From Candidatus Staskawiczbacteria bacterium (lineage in GTDB: Bacteria; Patescibacteriota; Minisyncoccia; Minisyncoccales; Staskawiczbacteraceae): a stretch of 64,000 nucleotides of DNA. Both the position numbers and the translations under genes were made by a program. The stretch is from positions 4,450 through 68,449 of the forward strand of contig JAPLZF010000010.1 of the NCBI GenBank assembly GCA_026395175.1. Reading direction: 5' to 3'. This document shows, one piece after another, positions 36,007-44,092 of the stretch (positions are counted from its first letter, which is position 1; the number at the start of each line of letters is the position of its first letter). A model generated the notes under the pieces. It saw only the letters and a program-made list of their open reading frames with translations. It was not told where the DNA came from and did no database searches.

Positions 36007-37935
36007 TTAAAAATTAACCATTTTTGCCACAGGCTTTTCTTCATCAGGACCTTCGGCTTCGTCATCCGAATCCGCAGATTCGTCTCTTAGAGCCTGAGCC
36101 TCAGAACCGAAGGCCTGAGCCGCGTCGAAGGATTCCTCGTCTTCCAAAAACCCGCCTGCTTGAAGTTCCCAAAGTTTTTTGTACAAACTGTTTTCGTTTT
36201 CCAAAAGATCTGCGTGGCTTCCTTGTTCAATAATTTTTCCGTTATCAATAACAATAATCCTGTCCATTTTTTGAATGGTAGACAAACGGTGGGCGATTAC
36301 AATCACGGTTTTATTTTCCATCAAATTTTCTAAAGCGTCCTGAATTAGCATTTCAGAATTTGAGTCCAAACTTGAAGTCGCCTCGTCTAAAACCAAAATT
36401 GGAGCGTTTTTTAAAATTGCTCTGGCTATGGCAACCCTTTGCCTTTCTCCGCCAGATAATTTTATTCCCCGCTCTCCCACATAAGTTTCAAAACCCAAGG
36501 GCATATCTTTTATAAACTCATTACAGTGAGCCAGGGTGGCTGCTTTTTTTATTTCCTCTATTGTGGCGTTTCTTTTCCCATAAGCAATGTTTTCTGCCAA
36601 AGTGCGGTGGAATAAAATCGGATCCTGAGGCACCATTGAAATGTTTTTCCTCAAGCTTTCCTGCGTGGCCTGTGAAATATCATGGCCGTCAATTAAAATT
36701 TTCCCGGAAGTTGCTGAATATAATCTTAAAAGCAATCTAACAAAAGTTGTTTTGCCGGCTCCCGACGGCCCAATTAAAGCAACTTTTTCTCTCGGTTTAA
36801 CTATTAAATTTATATCTTCTAAAACTTTTCTGGTTTGGTTAAAGCTAAAAGTTAAATTTTTAAATTCAATTTCCCCCTTATCAACAATTAGTTCTTTTGC
36901 CTGAGGAATATCTTTAATTTCATGGGATAAAAGTGTAATTTCAACCATTTCTTTTGCATCGGCATAACTTTGGTAAACATCTCTTACTATTCTGGTAAAT
37001 CCCCATAATTGGTTAATTATATTCAAAACATAGGCCTGCAATAAAACAAAAACACCAATTGATATTAATCCTTGCTGCCAATATTTTATTGAAAAATAAA
37101 ACAAAATAAATTCTATTGCAAAACCCAAAAATGCCTGTCCTCCTTCTACTATAGCGTCCAGCCTCCATGCAAACCTTGTTATTTTTGCTTGCTCATCTGT
37201 AATTTTTTTATAGCCTGACGACTCAAATTTATATCCTCCAAAAAGTTGGATTGTATTTTGGTTTGAAATTGTATCGGCCAAATATCCTGTTGCTTTAGAA
37301 TCTATTTCAGCAACTTCAATATCATATTTTAATTTCCATCTTGAAAATGTAATGTTGAAAGATAAAAAAATAATTACCCAAATTAGAATAACCAAAGCAA
37401 TCCATTTGTTTATAAAAAACACAACTACAAATATAGAAACAACTCTTACTGCCAATGGCAACAAGTTCCATACAAAATTATCTGCTATTCTTTCAAATGA
37501 TCTAGCAAACCTGTTTACCTTCTGCACCAATGACCCGGCAAAACTATTTGTAAAAAAAGAATACGAGTGCAGCATCAAATGGTCATACGACTGCTGTTTC
37601 AAATTAGCCATCACTTTCGGCTCAAAATTGGTGTTTGCTAAAGTGGCTATACGGTAAAGAATCCAAAACAATATATTAATGCCCAAAATATAAAAAATAA
37701 GAGCAAAAAGTTTTGAAGCAATAATTATTTTGTCTCCGCCGCCAGCTATAATATCAAAAAATTGCTTGTAAAAAAGAGGAATTATTATTGCGCCTATATT
37801 TGCTAAAATAATTGAAACAACTAAAATAAATAACTGCCATTTTCTTGGTTTTATTCCGCGCCAAAAAGCAGCCAAAACATCTTTGAGTTTTACTTGCGGA
37901 TAAACAATGCCTTTTTGTATTTTCTCTGTTGGCAT
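36007..37935 (-). CDS. ABC exporter, fused permease/ATPase (MsbA-like) with acidic C-terminal tail
   Basis: 642 aa; six TM helices; Walker A GPSGAGKTTF, signature LSGGERQRVAIARA, Walker B ILVLDEATSSLD; a GC-rich tail of about 46 aa after LWELQAGGF. Confidence 0.93.
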   Translation of the reverse strand: MPTEKIQKGIVYPQVKLKDVLAAFWRGIKPRKWQLFILVVSIILANIGAIIIPLFYKQFFDIIAGGGDKIIIASKLFALIFYILGINILFWILYRIATLANTNFEPKVMANLKQQSYDHLMLHSYSFFTNSFAGSLVQKVNRFARSFERIADNFVWNLLPLAVRVVSIFVVVFFINKWIALVILIWVIIFLSFNITFSRWKLKYDIEVAEIDSKATGYLADTISNQNTIQLFGGYKFESSGYKKITDEQAKITRFAWRLDAIVEGGQAFLGFAIEFILFYFSIKYWQQGLISIGVFVLLQAYVLNIINQLWGFTRIVRDVYQSYADAKEMVEITLLSHEIKDIPQAKELIVDKGEIEFKNLTFSFNQTRKVLEDINLIVKPREKVALIGPSGAGKTTFVRLLLRLYSATSGKILIDGHDISQATQESLRKNISMVPQDPILFHRTLAENIAYGKRNATIEEIKKAATLAHCNEFIKDMPLGFETYVGERGIKLSGGERQRVAIARAILKNAPILVLDEATSSLDSNSEMLIQDALENLMENKTVIVIAHRLSTIQKMDRIIVIDNGKIIEQGSHADLLENENSLYKKLWELQAGGFLEDEESFDAAQAFGSEAQALRDESADSDDEAEGPDEEKPVAKMVNF

Positions 37936-37945
37936 ATTATTTTTG

Positions 37946-38016
37946 TGGACTTAGCGAGAGTCGAACTCGCGTCTCCGCAATGCGAATGCGGCGTACTACC
38001 ACTGTACTATAAGCCC
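37946..38016 (-). tRNA. tRNA-Ala (anticodon CGC)
   Basis: rc GGGCTTA (G3:U70)..CCGCA-TTCGCAT-TGCGG..GCGAGTTCGACTCTCGC-TAAGTCC-A. Confidence 0.9.
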
Positions 38017-38735
38017 TTTTTGGTTAATTTTTTGGCTGAATCTTTGTCTAATATAACAATAACATTTTTGTGCCGTTGTATAATAGAAGCAGGAACTTCT
38101 GTGGAAACTGGTCCTTCAATTGCGCCAAAAATTGCATCGCTTTTGTTTTCGCCACTGGCTAAAAGAATAATTTTTTTAGCCTGCATAATTGTATCAATTC
38201 CCATTGTTACTGCCTTTTTTGGAACATCTTCCATACTTTCAAAAAATCTGGAATTGTCCTTAATTGTGGTTTCTGTTAAAGAAATTTCCCGAGTTTTAGA
38301 ATCAAATTCAGAGCCAGGCTCGTTAAACGCAATATGCCCATTTCTGCCAATTCCCAAAATCTGCAAATCTATTCCGCCTGCATTTTTTATTTCTTGGTCA
38401 TACTTTTTGTAATCGGGCTTGAAATCATCCGGAAAAAATGTATTTTTAATATCAATATCCACTTTTGAAAATAAATTTTTCTTCATTGCAAAATGAAAAC
38501 TTTGGGGATGTTCTGCGGGCAATCCGGAATATTCGTCCAAATTAAATGTTTTTATTTTTTTGAAACTTATTTCTCTTTTCTTGCATTTTTCAGACAAAAT
38601 TTCGTATGTTTTTTTAGAAGTGCCGTCTGTCGGCAAACCCAAAACAGCCTCAGGATTTTCTTTCAAAAATGAAGTTATAACATCAGCTGCCCTCTTTGAA
38701 AGGGCATTGTAATCTTCTTCAATATAAATTTTCAT
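38007..38735 (-). CDS. nagB: Glucosamine-6-phosphate deaminase family protein
   Basis: 242 aa; VLGLPTDGTSKKTYE, FNLDEY, LQILGIGRNGHIAFNEPGS, ILLASGENKSDA. The last 3 codons and the TAG (G GGC TTA TAG) lie inside tRNA-Ala. Confidence 0.88.
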   Translation of the reverse strand: MKIYIEEDYNALSKRAADVITSFLKENPEAVLGLPTDGTSKKTYEILSEKCKKREISFKKIKTFNLDEYSGLPAEHPQSFHFAMKKNLFSKVDIDIKNTFFPDDFKPDYKKYDQEIKNAGGIDLQILGIGRNGHIAFNEPGSEFDSKTREISLTETTIKDNSRFFESMEDVPKKAVTMGIDTIMQAKKIILLASGENKSDAIFGAIEGPVSTEVPASIIQRHKNVIVILDKDSAKKLTKKGL

Positions 38736-38738
38736 ATG

Positions 38739-38809
38739 TCGGGGTGTTGAGAATCGGACTCAAGCCTCAGACTCCCGAAGTCTGCATACTACCACTATAC
38801 TACACCCCG
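38739..38809 (-). tRNA. tRNA-Pro (anticodon CGG)
   Basis: rc CGGGGTG..CAGAC-TTCGGGA-GTCTG..TTGAGTCCGATTCTCAA-CACCCCG-A; 3 nt from the nagB ATG and 4 nt from the cca stop. Confidence 0.9.
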
Positions 38810-38813
38810 TTTT

Positions 38814-40280
38814 TTAACTGACCCAATATTTTTGCTTTGTCATTTTGTCTTGTTTTGTTTCAACTTCCGATTTTTCTTGTTTTGATTTTTCCGCTAAATT
38901 TTTCAATTCTTTTTCAGAAAGCTTGGTTAATTTTAAAGCTTCTTTTTCTAAAAATTCTTTTTTATTGTTTTTTGGGTCGTCCAAAACATACCCTAGCAAA
39001 ATGTCCAAAATCTGGCCAATTTTAGGCCCTGGCTTTATTTCTAAAATTTGCATCAAATCATTGCCGTTGATTTTTAGCATCTTTGCAGAAATAGGATCTT
39101 TTGAAACTTTTTCAATTAAGTATTTTAAGTGACGCAATTTATACGGTTCGGCTTTAGGCACGCCAGAGCCAATCCTGTCTGCATATCTTACCTGCAAAAG
39201 ATCTTGCATGTTTTCTGCCCCGACATTTTTTACCAATCTTCTCACAGATGCCTCGCCGACTTCGTCCACATTGTAATAAAAAAGGTGAAAACGGACTAAT
39301 CTTGTAATCTTTTCAACATCTTTTTTAGAAAACTTCAAATTATTTAAAATGTAAAAACACATTTTGGCTCCGGCAATTTCATGATTGTAAAAAGTCGCGT
39401 CATTGCCTTCACCAGCTTTCACTCTTGGTTTGGCAATGTCGTGCAACAAGGCGGCAAGCCTCACATACATATTTAATTTTTTCTTTGCGGTATATTCTAA
39501 AGATTTTATGGCATGTTGGTAGCAGTCGTAAATGTGATGCTTGCTTTGAGCAACTCCATAATTTTCCAATAATTCCGGAATAATATATTTTAACAATCCT
39601 AATTCGCGCAACAGTTCAATGCCGTTGGCTGCGTTGTCTGACATAATTATTTTTATAAACTCATCACGAATCCTTTCTTTTGAAATTGCATCCAGCCAAA
39701 TGCTATTTTTTTTAATTGCCTCGGCAGTATTTTTTTCAATCTCAAAATTTAAAGTGGTGGCAAATCTTACAGCCCTGAGCATGCGAAGGGCATCTTCTAA
39801 AAATCTTTCTTCTGCGTTTCCAACAGTCCTGATTATTTTATTTTTTAAATCTTTTTCTCCATCAAACAAATCAATTATTTTTGGATTTTGGGATTTGGAT
39901 TTTGGGATTTCCAGCGCGATTGAATTTATGGTGAAATCGCGCCTGCCTAAATCATCTTCAAGTTTTTTTGCATATTTAACTTCGTCAGGATGCCTCTTGT
40001 CAGAATATTTTGCTTCCAGGCGATAGGTTGTAATTTCAATTTCTGCCAACTCTGATTTTTTTGAGCCAGTCCGGGCTGTAACTGTTAAAAAATTATTTTC
40101 ATAAAAAGAATCAGGAAAAACTTTTTGGATTTCTTCGGGCTTTGCATCAGTTGTCACATCCCAGTCTTTGGGTTCAATGTTTAACAAAAAATCGCGCACG
40201 CATCCGCCCACAATATATGCCTCAAAACCCGCTTTTTGCAAATTTTCAATAATAGATTTTACTTCCTTTGGAATTACCAT
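38814..40280 (-). CDS. cca: CCA-adding tRNA nucleotidyltransferase with HD domain
   Basis: 488 aa; GGCVRDFLLNIEPKDWDVTT, RRDFTINS, RAVRFA, HD LLHDIAKP. Consistent with all ten tRNA genes lacking encoded CCA. Confidence 0.92.
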   Translation of the reverse strand: MVIPKEVKSIIENLQKAGFEAYIVGGCVRDFLLNIEPKDWDVTTDAKPEEIQKVFPDSFYENNFLTVTARTGSKKSELAEIEITTYRLEAKYSDKRHPDEVKYAKKLEDDLGRRDFTINSIALEIPKSKSQNPKIIDLFDGEKDLKNKIIRTVGNAEERFLEDALRMLRAVRFATTLNFEIEKNTAEAIKKNSIWLDAISKERIRDEFIKIIMSDNAANGIELLRELGLLKYIIPELLENYGVAQSKHHIYDCYQHAIKSLEYTAKKKLNMYVRLAALLHDIAKPRVKAGEGNDATFYNHEIAGAKMCFYILNNLKFSKKDVEKITRLVRFHLFYYNVDEVGEASVRRLVKNVGAENMQDLLQVRYADRIGSGVPKAEPYKLRHLKYLIEKVSKDPISAKMLKINGNDLMQILEIKPGPKIGQILDILLGYVLDDPKNNKKEFLEKEALKLTKLSEKELKNLAEKSKQEKSEVETKQDKMTKQKYWVS

Positions 40281-40304
40281 GATTTTTCCATCTTACTTTA
40301 AAAA

Positions 40305-40333
40305 TTGATTTTTTTCAATAAATTGGGTATAAT
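40305..40333 (+). promoter_or_regulatory. Promoter of tRNA-Arg(TCG) / pilin-like gene
   Basis: TTGATT-17 nt-TATAAT, ending 11 nt before the tRNA 5' end. Confidence 0.6.
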
Positions 40334-40344
40334 TTAAAAAAATA

Positions 40345-40417
40345 GCCCTCGTGGTGAAACTGGATATCATAACTGGCTTCGAACCAGTTGTTGTGGGTTC
40401 GAATCCTGCCGAGGGCA
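40345..40417 (+). tRNA. tRNA-Arg (anticodon TCG)
   Basis: GCCCTCG..ACTGG-CTTCGAA-CCAGT..GTGGGTTCGAATCCTGC-CGAGGGC-A. Confidence 0.88.
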
Positions 40418-40461
40418 CAAAACGAAAATTTTAAATTAAAAATTTTAAATTTTAAATAATT

Positions 40462-40842
40462 ATGAAAAAAATATTTTTACCAATTATTTTATTTTGTTTA
40501 TTATCAATAATTTTTATTCCTGTTTTAGCAAATGCGCAAGGGCCTATTGTGCAGTGCGGCAATGAAGGGCAGAATGCTTGCGGAATTTTAGATTTTTTTG
40601 CCATGCTTGCAAGAATTTATAATTTTATTGTCCTATACATCGCAACCCCTTTGGCAGTGATAGCTTTGGTAGTTGGAGGAATTCTTTTGCTGATTTCGGC
40701 GGGAAATCCAAATCTGGCAGGAATGGGGAAAAAAATTATCTATGCGGCAATTATTGGATTGGTTTTGGTTTTCTGCTCATATTTGATAATAAATTTTGTT
40801 TTGTCAGCAATTGGATACACAGGAAATTGGCCAAACCCATAA
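40462..40842 (+). CDS. T4SS-pilin-like small membrane protein (VirB2/TrbC-like architecture)
   Basis: 126 aa: signal peptide (..IPVLANAQG), a Cys pair, then two hydrophobic helices separated by SAGNPNLAGMGKK. The helix pair aligns by eye with residues ~55-125 of the giant protein at 60597. Confidence 0.65.
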   Translation: MKKIFLPIILFCLLSIIFIPVLANAQGPIVQCGNEGQNACGILDFFAMLARIYNFIVLYIATPLAVIALVVGGILLLISAGNPNLAGMGKKIIYAAIIGLVLVFCSYLIINFVLSAIGYTGNWPNP

Positions 40843-40855
40843 CAAATCGTATTTC

Positions 40856-40926
40856 GCCCCCATAACTTAATGGTAAAGTAGCTGCCTCTTAAGCAGCCTA
40901 TGAAGGTCCGATTCCTTCTGGGGGCA
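40856..40926 (+). tRNA. tRNA-Lys (anticodon CTT)
   Basis: GCCCCCA..GCTGC-CTCTTAA-GCAGC..GAAGGTCCGATTCCTTC-TGGGGGC-A. Confidence 0.9.
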
Positions 40927-40989
40927 CACTTCGTTACGGTCAGCGTAAATTAAAACTTCATCGGAAAAACCGGCGATTTTTTTATTGCA

Positions 40990-41018
40990 TTGCGAATATT
41001 GTGCGCAAGTATTATAAT
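40990..41018 (+). promoter_or_regulatory. Promoter of the 708-aa Cys-rich protein gene
   Basis: TTGCGA-17 nt-TATAAT. Confidence 0.55.
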
Positions 41019-41051
41019 AAATAAAAAATCACTAAATACAATAAAAAAATT

Positions 41052-43178
41052 ATGTTTAAAAATATCAAGCTATTGCATTGCCTAGTTTTTGTATTTGTTG
41101 TTTTGCTGATTATTTTTGTTTTTTCAGCAACCGGGAATAATACTGTTAACTTTGGCATTGACAATATATTACAGTTTCTTAAAGCAGTAATATCAGACCC
41201 CATACAAGATCTTCTACAAAGAATTCAATCGCTTTATGGCGGCACCCCTAATGCCGAAATCTGTCCAACGGGGTATACGCATGCATCTAATGGCAATTGT
41301 GTTCCGATTGTTTGTGAAACAGGGAAAGTTTTGTTAATAGACCGGTGCGTTGACAGCTGTCCTAAAGGATACATTAAAAATGGGGCGACATGCGAGTTTA
41401 ACGGCTGTCCAATTGGATATACTGAAACGCAAGACACAATTTTGAAAGGAAAAAAATGCGTTTTTACAAGCTGCCCAACTGGATATGTTTTGACAGGAGA
41501 TGAATGCATAGGATGCCCTGTTGGACAAACTTTGGTAGAAACTCTTGTAAAAACTAAAATTGAAAACGCTTGTGTCAAAGACTGCCAGCCAGGATATGCC
41601 AGATTTAAAGACCAAAATGACGCAACGGGACAGGCTTATGAATCAGATTGCAGTAAAATTGTCTGCGAACCGGGAAAGATTTTAGTGGGCAATGAATGCA
41701 TCCAAAAAGTTTGCGCAACCGGATATGTTTTGACAGGTGACACCTGCGTTTGCGCAACTGCAGATGATTGCGCGCCTTCTGCTTCTTGCCCTTCAGGATA
41801 TACTGCAACAAGAGAAAATACTTGCATTAAAAACTGCCAAACAGGATACTCTGCGTCAGGAGACAAATGCGTTAAAAATTGTCCCATTGGATGGACTCCA
41901 GATACCATAACGGGAAATGTATGCAATTATGCCGGATGTCCAACAGGATATTTTTTATGGGGAAATTATTGCATTGCAAATTGCAAAACAGGATATGTTT
42001 GGATGCCAGGCGACTATCAGTGCAACAAAAATACATGTTCTGCAAAAGGATATGCTCCAACATATTTGGGAGGACCCTGCGTTGCTTCATGCCCGGCAGG
42101 ATATGTTATGCAGGGAAACGCTTTAACAGCCAAAAAATGCGTCATTGCCTGTCCGTATGGATACGCTCCAACAGAAAAAGGAGATGAGTGTTCAAAAACA
42201 GGAACTTCTGCTCCAGCACCAAATCCTGCGCCAACCCCAACTCCTGCGCCAACCCCAACTCCAAATCCTGCGCCAACCCCAGAGCCTCGGCCTGAAACTC
42301 TTGTTGTCAGTTGTTCTGCCTTGCCAGAATCAACTTCTCTAAACAAAACTGCAAACTTTGTTTCGCTAGTATCGGGCGGAACCGGTTCAAATAATTATAC
42401 TTGGTCTGGAGCCTGCGCTGGCACAAATCCAAATTGTAGCGCGTCTTTTGCCTGGGTGGGAAAACATACGGCAACTTTAAAAGTGGTTTCTGGCGGTCAA
42501 ACAAAAACTGCCAGCTGTGACACTAATGTTGCAACAGCGCCACCGGTAGGAGCAACAACTTTAAGCGTAACAACCGCCAATGGAAATGCGCAATGGGATT
42601 TAACAAATTTACCGGCTGATGTTGGTTATGGAGATGTTGTCTGTAAAGGAACTTACAACGGGAATGCTCCCGGTTTTAATTTTTCCGGTGAAAATTATTA
42701 TGCCTACATTGGACCAAGCTTGGCTCCAAATAATGCCAGGAATTTTAACCCAACAACTGCCGGCTTGCTTGCAATTACCTGCACAGCCGGAAGCCACACC
42801 TGGACCGGAATAAAAAACATTTCTGCAAGTGACATAGTTCCTACCTCAACCCAAACAACGCCTTTGCCTGCAACACCAAACCCTTCTCCTATGACAGGAA
42901 ATATTTCAACAAGCCCAAACCCGGTTTCTCCAGGACAATGCATGCTTATAACTTGGAACAGCGCTAATGCCTCTCATGTTTTTATTTACGGCTATGGATT
43001 TACTCCATCATCAGATAGCATAATGAACTGGGCGGAGATGGTGCCTGCAAATGGTGTCAGACGAATCTGTTTGGAACCAACTATAAAACCACGCCCCTCA
43101 TTTTACTTGTTATATCTTACTGATAATCTTTATAAGGTAAAAACAACATTTGAAGCCGAACTCACAATAGAAAGATAG
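41052..43178 (+). CDS. Cys-rich repeat surface protein (CxxGY-type repeats, PT linker, Ig-like C-terminal domains)
   Basis: 708 aa; N-terminus MFKNIKLLHCLVFVFVVLLIIF; about 17 repeats of C(P/E/Q/K)xGY..(x5-8)C; linker APAPNPAPTPTPAPTPTPNPAPTPEPRPE; PKD-like SGGTGSNNYTWSGAC. Confidence 0.8.
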   Translation: MFKNIKLLHCLVFVFVVLLIIFVFSATGNNTVNFGIDNILQFLKAVISDPIQDLLQRIQSLYGGTPNAEICPTGYTHASNGNCVPIVCETGKVLLIDRCVDSCPKGYIKNGATCEFNGCPIGYTETQDTILKGKKCVFTSCPTGYVLTGDECIGCPVGQTLVETLVKTKIENACVKDCQPGYARFKDQNDATGQAYESDCSKIVCEPGKILVGNECIQKVCATGYVLTGDTCVCATADDCAPSASCPSGYTATRENTCIKNCQTGYSASGDKCVKNCPIGWTPDTITGNVCNYAGCPTGYFLWGNYCIANCKTGYVWMPGDYQCNKNTCSAKGYAPTYLGGPCVASCPAGYVMQGNALTAKKCVIACPYGYAPTEKGDECSKTGTSAPAPNPAPTPTPAPTPTPNPAPTPEPRPETLVVSCSALPESTSLNKTANFVSLVSGGTGSNNYTWSGACAGTNPNCSASFAWVGKHTATLKVVSGGQTKTASCDTNVATAPPVGATTLSVTTANGNAQWDLTNLPADVGYGDVVCKGTYNGNAPGFNFSGENYYAYIGPSLAPNNARNFNPTTAGLLAITCTAGSHTWTGIKNISASDIVPTSTQTTPLPATPNPSPMTGNISTSPNPVSPGQCMLITWNSANASHVFIYGYGFTPSSDSIMNWAEMVPANGVRRICLEPTIKPRPSFYLLYLTDNLYKVKTTFEAELTIER

Positions 43179-43182
43179 TAAA

Positions 43183-43209
43183 AGACCCTTCGGCAGACGC
43201 TCAGGGTCT
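43183..43209 (+). terminator. 3'-end hairpin of the conserved-loop family (AGACCC-TTCGGCAGACGCTCA-GGGTCT)
   Basis: Perfect 6-bp stem 5 nt after the stop codon; no U-tract follows; the loop shares TTCG..GCTCA with five other sites. Confidence 0.6.
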
Positions 43210-43270
43210 GACGACTTGCCAAAAGAACAGAAATAGAGTATACTAAATAATTATAAATTAACTTATAAAA

Positions 43271-43540
43271 ATGGCTTTAACAACCAAAGAAAAAACAAAA
43301 ATAATAAAAGACGTTAGCTCAAATGAAAAAGACACAGGTTCTGCCGACGTGCAGATTGCGTTGCTTTCAAAATCAATAGACAAGCTGGTTTTGCATTTGA
43401 AAAAACATCCTCAAGACACGCACTCAAAAAGAGGATTAATTAAAATGGTTATACAAAGAAAAAAATTGCTTGCCTATTTGAAAAAAATATCTGAAAAAAG
43501 ATATTCTGCTATAATTAAAAAAATAGGTTTGAAAAAGTAA
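43271..43540 (+). CDS. rpsO: 30S ribosomal protein S15
   Basis: 89 aa; ..DTGSADVQIALLSKSIDKLVLHLKKHPQDTHSKRGLIKMV.QRKKLLAYLKK. Confidence 0.95.
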   Translation: MALTTKEKTKIIKDVSSNEKDTGSADVQIALLSKSIDKLVLHLKKHPQDTHSKRGLIKMVIQRKKLLAYLKKISEKRYSAIIKKIGLKK

Positions 43541-43543
43541 ACA

Positions 43544-44068
43544 ATGCAGCAGCCAAAGCCAAAAGAACAAAGAGTAGAAGTGCTGATAGACGTTCAGAAT
43601 TTATACCACTCGGCAAAAAATCTTTACCATGCAAGGGTTAATTACGGAGAAGTTTTGAAAAATGCAGTAGCCGGAAGAAAGTTTATCAGGGCTTTTGGCT
43701 ATGTTGTGCGCACAAAAACTGGCGAAGAAACGCCATTTTTTGATGCCCTAAGCAAAATTGGCATTGAAACCCGCGTGCGGGATTTGCAGGAATGGTATGG
43801 CGGAGCCAAAAAAGCAGACTGGGATGTGGGCATTGTAATTGATGCCATTAGGACAGCGCCCGGAGTTGATGTGGTTGTTTTGGTTTCGGGTGACGGCGAC
43901 TTTATTGCCTTGGTTGAATATTTAAAAAATATGGGAAAACGAGTTGAAGTGGTGGCATTTGGCAGAACAACTTCTGCAAAGTTAAAAGAAGTTGCCGATG
44001 AATTTATTGATTTAGACGAAGGTTTGGTAAAATTTTTACTGTCCGGCGAAAAACCAAAGAAAAAATAA
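43544..44068 (+). CDS. NYN-domain (LabA-like) putative ribonuclease
   Basis: 174 aa, starting 3 nt after the rpsO stop; VEVLIDVQNLYHSAK...DWDVGIVIDAI...VVVLVSGDGDFIALVEYLKNMGKRVEVVAF. Confidence 0.8.
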   Translation: MQQPKPKEQRVEVLIDVQNLYHSAKNLYHARVNYGEVLKNAVAGRKFIRAFGYVVRTKTGEETPFFDALSKIGIETRVRDLQEWYGGAKKADWDVGIVIDAIRTAPGVDVVVLVSGDGDFIALVEYLKNMGKRVEVVAFGRTTSAKLKEVADEFIDLDEGLVKFLLSGEKPKKK

Positions 44069-44092
44069 ATAATCGTGCGGTGGGGGAAGAAT

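Noticed and set aside
40440-40457. Identical 18-mer AAATTTTAAATTTTAAAT upstream of the pilin-like gene (40440-40457) and the four-helix-bundle gene (57542-57559).
   Set aside because: This is a pure A/T low-complexity sequence in a roughly 33% GC genome, so the identity could arise by chance or slippage. It is only noted as context under the hppA heptamer finding.
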